This document shows, piece after piece, positions 51,501 through 64,000 of a stretch of DNA of 64,000 nt. The translations under genes and the position numbers were made by a program. This DNA comes from Octopus sinensis. Taxonomy: Eukaryota. Numbering within the stretch: the stretch's first letter is position 1; every line of letters starts with the position of its first letter. The DNA lies in assembly GCF_006345805.1 (NCBI RefSeq), contig NC_043002.1:103292001-103356000 (forward strand). Reading direction: 5' to 3'. The notes under the pieces were generated by a model. It worked only from the letters and a program-made list of their open reading frames with translations, did no database searches and was not told the origin of the DNA.

Positions 51501-53486
51501 ATGTATAATTTTTTTCCCCGGTTCTGGTAGTATGATGAATTTAATAAATGTGTGCTGCTCTGGCAGCGAAACTTAAAATTAATTAAAGTACCTAAATGAT
51601 AAAATAAATCCTACCTCATCGCGCGCACACACACAGAGACACTTACACATACATGGAAATATACTAAGTTACGAACACCATATGAGATATATATATATAT
51701 AACTATGTGTGTGGGTACATGTAGGTGTGGACATAGTTGTATATACATATATATATGCTTAAATATATATGCCTATATCACAGTCGGTATGTATATATGT
51801 ATGTATGTATATTAAACGTAGAAAAGGAACGAAATACTGTAGTAAAATTTAGGACACGGAAAATAAAAAGCAGATTTGGAATGTTACACATGAATTCTTG
51901 TAACAATCGGAATGAATATCTTGGCCGTATTGATTCGTTCAATATTGAATTTATGCGACGCTTAATATTGTCTACTAATTAATTAGTCATAATTTCAACT
52001 TTCTATGAACTCGTAAATTTAATTGCGTATAATCATGTAATATTTAGTCATGCGGACGTGGTTATCCTACTCTTTACTAATCAGATATTTACTGACGATA
52101 TTGAATCTTCTTCGCCTCTTTCTTTAACCTATGTTAATAAGAAAATTCGTTGCAATAAGCTTTCCTGAAATGCAAGTAATATCTACTGATACACAGTTAT
52201 TGGTCTTGGAATTAAATACTAGATTATTTTTGTTGAAGCATATTTATAATAAGATCTGTTCCAGCACTGAATGTCAGGTATTTTCGCTGGGTTATTATTT
52301 ATGTTATGACGATATTTTCCATACTGTAGTGAGAACAATAACTGCAACAACAAACCACAAATATCTGGGAGAGACTACGAAACTTCCTGACTGTTACACA
52401 GTTGCATTTATTTTCTTACATATCCTCGGCTAGTCCTTTACCATAGTTTTACTGCGCAATTATAGCAGCCATATGCCTGGTATTTTTCATCTTTGTTGTT
52501 CTTTAGCGCCCTGTTCTTTTTGACAGGGCATTTCTACGATTAAGTTCATTCCAGCTGTTTCATTAGTCCGTTAGTGAAGCATTCCTTGCTCTACTGCCGT
52601 ATCCAATGTATATTTTACAATAGGTAGGGATTTGATATGACCTAAATTTAGCTTCTAGAAATAACAGCTATGTATCGGATTCTTCACTCGCTTAGGAAGC
52701 TCTCGCACTGGTAAAAGCCACAGATGCTCTAGTTGATATTCTGAAGCACTCTTTAGAGCCGAATACGATTATCATTTTACACTATCGATGTTACGCTCAT
52801 ACATATACTCACACAAACAAAACATGCATGCACGTTCAAAAACGCATAGAAATGTATATTCGGAAGCACGCAGATACACTAACGGAACAAGAAGAAAAAA
52901 ATAAAAGGAAAATCGACAAATTTTGCTGCCACGAAAGATCCAATGACGAGATATCATTTTGTCAGCGTTTTGTTTTAAGGACACAAAGTTGGTAAGAAAA
53001 CATACTTACAAACACAAAACACGTTCACACAGGCACAACGCATACATAAACACATAGACAAATGCATATACATCGATATACACAACACTAATTAACAAGA
53101 TTGCCAGTTAAGTATCGCATCAAGAGTTTAAAACAAAATAGAAAATATAACCACAATTTAAACCGAAATAAAATAAACCAATCAGATAAGCTGAAGAACA
53201 TGAAATTCTTATCGCATAACATTTTTCTCCAAGGGTCTGGCATCAGTTTAGTTGAAAAGACAGTGGATATAACTGCTAGAACAGCACATGCGGTTGAATA
53301 CATACACACACACTCACACATACATACATATATAAATATATATATATACATACACACATACAATATATATATTCATACACACACACAGACACACACATAT
53401 ATATATATATTTACATATATGTACGTACATACATGTACATATATATAAATATATATATATACATTATATATAACTTATATATATAC

Positions 53487-53565
<79 letters not shown>

Positions 53566-56525
53566 TATAAACACACGTATGTATGTGTTCATGTACGTAT
53601 TTAAACTGTCACCTTCGTTTGAATATGAACAACCGTACTGTTATCGCAGAACTTAAGAGATTAAGCGAAAGATTTCTCTTTACTGAACGGGAGTGTTGGC
53701 TCTGAGAGAAGCGGGACATACATGGCGTTCTTTATATCTCACACTCTGGCACTACATTCTTGGTTACTACTTAATATAGTATATGTGTTGCATATTTCCC
53801 TCTTCAGTATTCACCAATCTGTCTTACCCGCTACATTATATCCTTTCTTTGAGGTTCCACCGAATCACAATTTACTGTACGTGCGCGCACACACACGCAT
53901 ACACACACACACATGTTGCTCATTCACAAATCATCTAAACGTTGACAGGTAAAAATAAAACGTGTTGCAATTATATGTGATTCACGCAGAAAGCTGTATT
54001 ACTCGTATAGCACTATATGGCTCTGGGGAATTATTTCAAAGCTGCACGTTTCCACAGAATGGGCATCTCTTATAATATTGTTACTGTGATAGCAGCTTTG
54101 CAACCTGTAGATACTTTGTTTTATCTCAAGAACGGAGAATCGGAGGTATCATAATGGTTAGCTGAAATTTTCTGCATTCCGTCACATATTTTGAGTCACA
54201 GATTTTAAGCTGCCCTTCTCATCTTTCACAACCGAATCACTAAAATCCACTGGCTTATCTCCATCGAAAGCTCTGTACGTAGTCTTGGTGTACCTTGGTT
54301 CTGCTAATCTCCCTATATCTATTTCGTTAGTATTTCTAAACTGGTTTCTCCCCAAAAGTGCTTATAAATATTGGGTTCAGAGTGGCCTCATTCCAAGCTT
54401 TAACATATCACTTGCAATATTTTCGATTCATGTTTGTATGATGTAATTATTTGCATTAAACGAATCCGGTCGCTGTCAATGGAAAGAGCTAAGGTTTGCT
54501 ACTCAGTAGTAAGTGATACTGGTTTGAGAATGTGTCACACTTCGCCAATTGATATCCCACAAATATCGACTGAAGAGTTGTTTGCCACAAAAGACGATTG
54601 CAATAACGCTAGCTTCTTCAAGATGTTAAACGTTCTATATTTTCACCCAACATTATACTGGAGTTGGAGTAATCGTTATGTTGTAAGGTAGCACCATCTG
54701 CGATCTATTCGATATTTATCATTAAATCCTATTGGACTACTTAGCCGTACACCACACGTATGTCCTGGTGATGATATGAAATTCAAAATATTCCAATATT
54801 TTGAAAATGAAGAGAAATACTTTTCTATCGGACTATGACGAAATATCGTCGTAGATATTAAAGAATCTAGACGCATGCAAAGTTTCAGATATAAAATCAT
54901 ATTTCTGCTGGTTTCACCTTCTTTACTTCCTCCAATACTTCATCAAAATTACTGTCCTTTCAACACGAACGTAAAAATTACCAAGAACAACGATTTAAAC
55001 CTCAATGAAAAGAGCAATTCAAAGAAAACATTTGTATTTTCTCTTTCGCAACTACTGGAGAGGGACATGCGAATTAATGGAAGTGAGTAGCTGATTATTT
55101 AAGAGAGAAATTTGAACGTGAAAATGGTATTCACTAGGAGGAATTGTGTGTTGGGTTCTTGTAGAAATAAGTTTCAACGTCACTGGTGCCAAGCTGCATC
55201 TGCCCTTTTGCCTTTGTCTTGAATAACATTGGTGGCGTGGAGAAGGGAGATTGGCATGCATTGGCAACTGCTCGTCTCCCAGAAGCAAATTTGCTTGGAC
55301 ATGAACCACGGAGGGGAACTTCTAGGTGCAATCTCATGATAATTCATGACCGAAAGGGGTCTTTACTTTTTTATCAGAAACTTATAAAAATATGTGAATT
55401 TGTCGAAGAAATAGCTATCTGACAAAAACAGAAAAGATCCGTGTTTCGTAGCTCTTAAGCTGGTCTTCCTTTTCGAACTCTAATTCACCAGTGTCTATTA
55501 GCTATCAGTTGACCAAAAAGGCACTCTGGTTTCAATGCTCCCCCACCCACACAAGCATATACACACAGAGAAACATATGTACATCTACATATAGATCACA
55601 AGCTATCTTTTTGCCATAAAATCAACGAGATAATTTTTTCCATAAGGTCAATGTAGGAATTTTCAACTTAACAAGTGACAATATCTATTTCACGTTCGGA
55701 TCTCTTAGAAATTCTAAGATCCACCAATGTCTTACATTTCAAGCTTAGGGAGCACATTTTTGATGCAAGCTGAATCCCAGCCAGGAAGAGCTGTAATCTT
55801 CAATAAAACTTTATTTTTTACTCCTTCTCAAAGGTGAAACGGATGAAGGCGCCAAGAACATATAATAGAGTAACCAAACAATAAACGGCAATCCCGCATC
55901 AATAACAAACGTGATGGTTCCCAACTGAACAGATCGAAAATACATTAACTCATTTTACTCTCATAAGCTCTTTAGCATATTTCCATTTATAACATTGAAT
56001 AGAAAAAACAAAACAAATACTATATAGAAACAAAACAAAAATTAACTCAAGAAAAAAAAATAAAGACATCTTCATGAAATAACTGATGGTGGACAACGCT
56101 GATCAACTTAGTTTCAACCGTTCTGTTTTTTTTTATAATAAACCGTGCGATTTTGTTAGATGTTTCCCGAATCTGGGGCCTACCGTGTACACAGTTGATT
56201 GGTCTCTGGCTCAAAAAACTGTCAGTTCACTAAGCATTTGTTAACTTCTCTTTCATTCTATAATTATTTGTTGACTGTAGTAAGGAGATAACTCAGTGAA
56301 GAAAACAGGAGAGAGAATGTACATAACCAGATGCAAACACCTACATACACCTAAGAAAGGAAGAAAACATATTCCAAAGACATACTTTCTCGGTTCAAAT
56401 GAGAAATCAATAAATGTTCCTGTAACTTAGTGTTAAAGACATGTAGGTTTAGTTTCAGAAAGAGTGTATGTGTGTGAGGTAATACACAAACACACACACA
56501 TGCCCACACACAACCACACATCCAC

Positions 56526-56616
<91 letters not shown>

Positions 56617-56689
56617 GTATAAATATATATATACATATATAAACATATATATGTATGTGTGCATATAAATGTATATATGTATATATATA

Positions 56690-56766
<77 letters not shown>

Positions 56767-58337
56767 ATATATATATTTATATATATACATATATACATTT
56801 ATATGCACACATACATATATATATATATATATATTTACACATGCATACATACATGTGTGTGTATCTAGAATGCATAACATATAATGTATACCTACACACG
56901 CATAGTTATCTAGGTAGCTATGTATCAGTTTATCTATATGTAAGTGTGCGTATCTGTGTGTGTGTTTTGCATCTATGTATGCATGTATATATAAGGTCGT
57001 ATGTGCACTGTTGTATTACGCTCAATTTTCTATGACATACTCATTCACTACACAAGGGAATGAGAGACCCCGTCTTTCAATACTCGAAGAAAATCAACAC
57101 TAGTCAGTGCGATAAAGATTCATATTTATATTTGTATCGTAGTTTGTTGCTTGTTGGTAGTTATGCACCAGATTAGTGACTTCCAAATTCTAAATTATAA
57201 ATGTGATCTAGCTGCGAATTGGCTGAGATCATTTTATTAGAGATATAGCTAGGGAACTTGATTACTTAATAATTTTTAAGAGACGGACAGTAAAGAACAC
57301 CCGTCCGTTGTCTCAAGCGCATAGTTTGATTTTCATGGGTATGAGACGTCTCGGCGCAGCCATTTCCCCACCATCTACTTGGCGTCGCTTATTCAGCAAA
57401 GGTTTATGTGGATATCATACCTTTTCATTTTCTCTCTTTTTCATGATTGTCCTCCCCTTTTGCCATTCTCCGTTTATGTGTGTGAGCATATTTGTCGTTT
57501 TGTGTATGAAGAAAACTGTTTATATCAATCCAGTGCAATTTATGTGTGTCTCTCTCTCCCTCTCTCTCTCTCTCTCTGTCTCATTTTAACTAATATTTAT
57601 ATTCCTGCAAGTGCGTGCGTACACATGTATTAAGAAAATAGCGATTTCATAGCATTAAAGTAACATAGACCCAACTTCACTTATAGAAACCAAGGGTGAT
57701 TTCTTGAGACAATATTTTGGGAGTAGAAAACTGTCACCCACGCCATCAATTACGGCAATTAAATCTGAGATATTATCAACCATCTTAAAAATCGAAATCT
57801 AAATAAAGTGCTCAATAAGTTTAAAATATTGGAGTACTCGTAATTCACATAGACACGGAAGAAAACTCCACACAAATATATTCATAAAATATATTTTAAT
57901 TAAAGCGAGGCATGCATATATTTTAGGTAAGTAATTAATCACAAAGAAAATTAATTAGTACGTTCGGTAGTCAATGCTAAGATTAATTAGTTGAGAGAAA
58001 CGCGTCTATGTGTTGCTAATTAATGAATATTTTATTTTAATATATTAGGTGTGTGTGTGTGTGTGTGTGTTTCTGTGTATGTGTGTGGGTGCGCGCATGC
58101 GTATCTGTTGTTAGAGTGCGTTTCTTGTTTGCACAAACTTCGTCAATGCATATATTGTAGCAATTTTGATATTCGTTGAGCACACTCAACAGATTTTGGT
58201 TTTCAATGCTCATTCATGCAGTATAAGAGAAAGACTTCTGCATATATGAAGACACACACACACACATTAACAGATATACATACACAAACACACAGACAAA
58301 CACGTACATGTCCAAGAAATCATGTCAAACCTTATAT

Positions 58338-58381
<44 letters not shown>

Positions 58382-58525
58382 TGTATATGGATTTGTCATT
58401 TTTTATTTTATATATGCATATGCGTGTGTGAGAGAGAGGGAGAGAGAGGGTGGGAGAGCAGGATAACAACCAAATATGAAGATAGATTGCTCGACAAATA
58501 GATTGATCGAATATATAGACTGATG

Positions 58526-58587
<62 letters not shown>

Positions 58588-58699
58588 TTGTGTGTGAGTG
58601 TGTATGTATCTATGCGGGAGTGTGTGTGTATAAGTATTTGGTGTTATGGCATAGTAACGAATCTAAAGTACGCATAGGTAAGTCGCTACGTACAGAATG

Positions 58700-59490
58700 A
58701 CCTTGAAATACGTTGTGCATTCCCACTAATTTCTAACATTCTAGCCTACTTCCACTGTTTGCAGCAGTGCTTGGAGGGAAGGTGTGTAGCGTGTGATCAT
58801 AGCATAGACAATGACAAATGAAGTTAGGCATAGAATCTGCATAAAATTTGGCCAAAATATTCGCGTTACCTACCCAGAGGCTTACGCAAAGTTCTCAAAC
58901 TATTTTCAGCGCCCTCGAAACAATCAAAATGCTGTGCAACTGAAAACATTGAGTAATTTGGTGAGCTGAAATCAATTTTGGCAGAAACATGGTAGTGATG
59001 CGTCTCATACCCAAATCTACAGTGATAAGGGACTGAACTGAACCATTACTATTCTGCACGTTCTTCTGAAAAATCACGGATAGGAATTCCATGGTGTTCC
59101 CTAACAGCTGCACCCACAATTGCAATGTATTTCTAAGTTCTGCTGGTTACGGGTCTCCCTGAACGTTCATCAATATCGACATCCACGCCCCGCACATCTT
59201 GGAAACGTCTGTACCACTCGTATACATGTGTGCGATTCATACATTTCTCTCCATACACATTCTGCAATTTTCGGCAAGCCTCTCAGCAGGTATCGCCACG
59301 ACAACTTTATTTATCATGGTTAATACGACGATCACCTGCTACACGCGTTCCTTCCAAGCACAGGTGTAAATAGCAGAAATGAGCCCTAATACGCAATGCA
59401 CAGTAGAATCCAAGTTTAATCTCTGCCAAGCAACTTCATTAAGCGTTACTATGTCAACGATCCGGATACTTACTGATCAGACCTAGTGTA
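58700..59490 (-). mobile_element. mariner (Tc1/mariner) transposon relic, 5' portion
   Basis: KLQNVYGEKCMNRTHVYEWYRRF...DERSGRPVTSRT (HTH) and NGSVQSLITVDLGMRRITTMFLPKLIS (decayed V.AKFVP linker); TIR-like end at TA, about 59489. Confidence 0.8.
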
Positions 59491-59503
59491 TATATATATA
59501 TAT

Positions 59504-59934
59504 AATGTTGCGAATGGGTTTCGTAGTCGCAAACTGAAAGAAACCCGTAGTGTATGTAAATTTGTTTGCTTGTTATCAGTCGTAAGACACTTGTTGTTTT
59601 CACCGTTAATGCTTCTGTATTTCATGTTTCTGTATTCCATTATTGTTTTTTGTTTTTTTTATATTTGTCCCTTTTGCTGTCCTGGTGTTCGTATGCATTC
59701 GATCCTTCTTCCAGGAAATCTACACTTCCAGCTTAGTTTTTCTAATGCTCGTTGCTTAGTTTTTCTTGGAGGGCTGGCCGTGATCTAGTAATCTCAAGAT
59801 TAATCAGCCGAAATTACTACGATGATCCGGTTCTTGACTGAAGACTGAGGGGTTCGAATGTCCTGTCCATGTTATTGTATCGTCTTCTAAGAGTTATACG
59901 TTCTTGTCCATGTTGTATTTTTCTACATACCTTA

Positions 59935-60025
<91 letters not shown>

Positions 60026-60454
60026 GTTGCGAATGGGTTTCGTAGTCGCAAACTGAAAGAAACCCGTAGTGTATGTAAATTTGTTTGCTTGTTATCAGTC
60101 GTAAGACACTTGTTGTTTTCACCGTTAATGCTTCTGTATTTCATGTTTCTGTATTCCATTATTGTTTTTTGTTTTTTTTATATTTGTCCCTTTTGCTGTC
60201 CTGGTGTTCGTATGCATTCGATCCTTCTTCCAGGAAATCTACACTTCCAGCTTAGTTTTTCTAATGCTCGTTGCTTAGTTTTTCTTGGAGGGCTGGCCGT
60301 GATCTAGTAATCTCAAGATTAATCAGCCGAAATTACTACGATGATCCGGTTCTTGACTGAAGACTGAGGGGTTCGAATGTCCTGTCCATGTTTATTGTAT
60401 CGTCTTCTAAGAGTTATACGTTCTTGTCCATGTTGTATTTTTCTACATACCTTA
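59504..60454. repeat. near-identical ~430-bp tandem duplication separated by (TA)n (period ~520 bp)
   Basis: Units 59504-59934 and 60023-60454; one 1-nt indel noted. Confidence 0.93.
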
Positions 60455-60561
<107 letters not shown>

Positions 60562-60970
60562 TTGTGTGTCAGTGTTCCGCACCATCGATTAACAGCCGAT
60601 GTTAATGTGTCTAGGTCCATAGGTAGGTATATATAAACATTAAAAAAACAATTACATCTGTTACTTGAAAGAACTATTTTGGAACCCTGTTTAGAAGGAA
60701 TGCAATTTCATGATTTGATTGCATGGAATTTGAAATCAAAATTGCGAGCGTGACGCGCTCGGTTGTGCAATTGTCTTTCGTAAAGTTTTTTTTTTTTTTT
60801 AAACAAAAGAACTTAAAACGAAGAGTTTGCTTGAAATATGTAGTCCATAAATGAAAGACTATTCAGAAAGTTTATGTGCAAAAGAGAAACCAGGCTCATT
60901 GTATCAAGTGAAGGCGGAAAGCAAACAACAGTGAGCACTGAAAATCGGAGCCTTTCACCTACAATTCCAG

Positions 60971-61192
60971 TCTTACTCTTTACTCTTATACTTGTTTCAG
61001 TCATTTGAATGCGGCCATGCTGAAGCACCGCCTTTAGTCGAGCAACTCGACCCCGGGACTTATTCCTTGTAAGCCCATTACTTATTATATCGGTCTCTTT
61101 TGCCGAGCCGCTAAGTAACGGGGACATAAACACACCAGCATCGGTTGTCAAGCAATGCTAGGGGGACAAACACAGACACACAAACACACACG

Positions 61193-61230
<38 letters not shown>

Positions 61231-61396
61231 TGCGACGGGCTTCTTTCAGTTTCCGTCTACCAAATCCATTCACAAGGCTTTGGTCGGCCCGAGGCTATAG
61301 TAGAAGACACCTGCCCAAGGTGCTACGCAGTGGGACTGAACCCGGAACCATGTGGTTGGTAAACAAGCTACTTACCACACAGCCACTCCTGCGCCT
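60971..61396 (-). mobile_element. SINE family B, full length
   Basis: Colinear with 21914-22350. Confidence 0.9.
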
Positions 61397-61442
61397 TGAT
61401 AGATTTAATTGATTTCTTTTAATGTTTATATATACATACCTA

Positions 61443-61765
61443 TGTGAAGGCGCGTGGCCTAGTGGTAATTCGGCTCACAATCGTAAGGTCGTGAGTTCAA
61501 TTCCCGGCAACACGTTGTGTCTTTGGGCAAGACAATTTATTACACGCTGCTCCAGTTCACTCAGCTGGCAAAAATGAGTCGTATCTGTATTTCAATGGGC
61601 CGGCTTTGTCACAATTTGTTTCACGCTGAATCTCGCTGAAAACTACGTTAAGGGCACACATGTCTGTAGAGTATTCAGCGACCTGCACGTTAATTTCACG
61701 TCCAAGCTGTTCTGTTGATCATATCAACTGGACGACCCACGTCGTCGTAACCGACGGGCTGCTCC
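61443..61765 (+). mobile_element. SINE family C variant with a CORE-like segment
   Basis: tRNA-like head (TGGCCTAGTGG, GAGTTCAATTCC), gtgtctttgggcaagaca CORE-like segment, 3' part shared with 20298-20672. Confidence 0.85.
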
Positions 61766-64000
61766 GATACACATCTGTTTTACTATATTTAGGCGAGTGC
61801 ATTAACGCACACATATGTCTGTATATATGTAGAAATGGATTTCAACTGTGACAATAAATCGTGTTTTATCTAGTAACTCTCTTGATCAAAGCTTTTCTGT
61901 TTCAGCTGTTACAAGAATACTATTTGTAAAGAAGAGCACTCAGGGAACGCAAACCTCCGCCAAAGTATCACCAACTTCTTCTCTACAACTAGCCAAAGAT
62001 GAGTCTAAAAATGAGAATATCTTAAATAAATCCGACTGATAGTACAAACGAGAATACTAAAAATGAACTCCACCGCTCTCAAAACTTTAAAAAAAAGCAG
62101 GAAAAATAATAGAAACCCTTGTCCGGTACCAGATCGATCCCAAAATCTACTCAGTGTGTGCCAGTCACGAGGCCAAACAACCCTGAATTTTTCAGCCGAA
62201 TCCATGAAGTAGTTCTTGATATATCTTGTCCATGGACGAAGAATCAAACAAACACGATTGAAAAACAATACCTCCGCTTTCGCTAATGCGGAGGTAATAT
62301 GTTGGAATTCGAACGACCACTCTCTTTGATGCCTGTAAGTACTTAATGGTATAAGGTTTATTTTAACTGTCATGGAACTAATGATATTGATAGATTTGTA
62401 ATTTCAGAACGAAGAAACACATACATATATAATTTACAGTAATTTGTTTTTGAGTGTCTATTGGAAATTTCGTTCCACGAAATAAATATTTAATAAATGG
62501 CTTTTCCTTATCAACCAAGTGTGCAAAATTTCTTTCTCTTGCTGTTCGTTCAATAGAGACAAGATCGTTTAGTTTTAGTTGTTCAACTGATAATTATTCA
62601 TGAAATCTCTTCAAACGAATATTGGAACTCCGAAAAGTTATTCTAAAGAAGTTTCACTACTGTCTTACACTTTATATATACAGTCAGTTATTAACTCGTT
62701 CCACAGGCAATTGATGTTGTATAGTTTGGTAAAACTATATTTCTTTCAATTTAATTAATTTGCTGCATCTTTCTTCCAAACCAGAGAGCTGGAAGCAATT
62801 ACATCAGACCGGAGACTAGTTATATACTCAACAAATCTAACCTTTCTGTTGTCCACTTTCCTAGTAAAAGTAATTATAATAATGACAAAAGTCATAACAA
62901 CAGCGAAATTAATATTTCAAACTGAGACAAGACAAGAGGGATGGTCATGAGATTAGCCAATTAAATCTATCCTCTCTTCGAAAAGAAGAGAGCATAGATT
63001 CACCTCAGCAGGATTTGAACCCTGAATATAAAGAGTCGGCAGAATAGCGGCTCAGCGTTATGTCAGACCCGTTAATGGATCTTCAAGAACACTGCCTAAC
63101 TCCTTAATCATCAACAACAACAACAACAACAGCAACAATAACAACCCCAGCAACAACAACAGCAATAACACTAAAAATAATGATTATAAGAACAAGAACA
63201 AAGTAGCAATTTTGGAGATACATTAGAGGCAGAGGACTTCATTATTGCAAATCAGGATCAGTTATCTAACCTGTTGTCATTTGTGATGGAGTTCACCGTC
63301 GTCGTCGTCATCAAGCGAGGGTTTGCAGTCATCATTGAGGCTGGAAGACTAATATTCCAAAAATTATTTACCGCCTTGGTATTGTGCAGGACACTTCTAC
63401 ATCATTGCTTTGTCTATTTGAAAAAAATGGATATCTTCCAAAACAAATTAGCAAATTAGAAATTGATTTAGTCATAGAATGGCTTAAGCATTTCTCCTGA
63501 AGTCGTTAATTGAAAACAGCTATCGGTCTGCTATGGAACAGAAGTAGGAATGAAATTTATTTCACGATTACAGTGTGAGGACAAGAGAAATAAAAGAGTT
63601 AAAAGCGAAATGGCGTGTACTGCTGCTTAAACAGAATGGCTTCAAGTTAAGATTATTTTATCTGGTTCATCTGCACTTTTCAATTGTAAAATCTTGCTTA
63701 CACATATATAGTGTAAATATATACTATAGTTGTATTTATGTAGTTATTTATATGTGTATGTATACGTCGAAGTGTATGTAAATGTGTATGTATGCACGTA
63801 TCCATATGCGGATGTATATATATATATATACCCACACATTAATATATGTATGTACAAGTAGACGTGCACACACAAACAAACACATACACACACGCACACA
63901 AAGAACAAACACAAACACACGCACGCACATATATATAATATATATATCCAAAGTATATGAGAGTAGAATAAAATATTAGCGAATATTTGTTTCCGTGAAT

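Noticed and set aside
59765-59825. GGCTG/CAGCC stem followed by GAAA in the tandem unit
   Set aside because: No CUGANGA box and no cleavable NUH triplet.
62005-62373. 122-aa minus-strand ORF, and a + strand VVLDISCPW RLE-like stretch
   Set aside because: No further motifs on either strand to support an assignment.

Overview
AT-rich, microsatellite-dense animal genomic DNA. The SINE families, R4/Dong elements and (TA)n/(GATA)n density point to an octopod cephalopod (inference; no search was run). No intact multi-domain gene, rRNA, tRNA gene or CRISPR array can be supported. The window is mostly retroelement debris: three tRNA-derived SINE families, plus fragments of Tx1-, RTE-, CR1-, CRE- and R4/Dong-clade LINEs, Penelope-like ends and a mariner relic. 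Short + strand exon candidates suggest an unidentified multi-exon host gene. The most notable structure is a cluster of self-cleaving ribozyme motifs at about 10.0-10.8 kb. A ~890-bp non-coding element inside a (TA)n tract carries two divergent, core-perfect type I hammerhead motifs (10252-10347 minus, 10737-10832 plus). It sits directly upstream of an HDV-like ribozyme motif (9997-10088 minus) whose G1 coincides with the 5' end of an RTE LINE. Also notable: a SINE family whose 3' tail matches the Tx1 LINE tail at 35/42 nt and which recurs as head-truncated multimers with one fixed junction; R4/Dong copies in (TAA)n; and an atypical minimal hammerhead at 43.6 kb.
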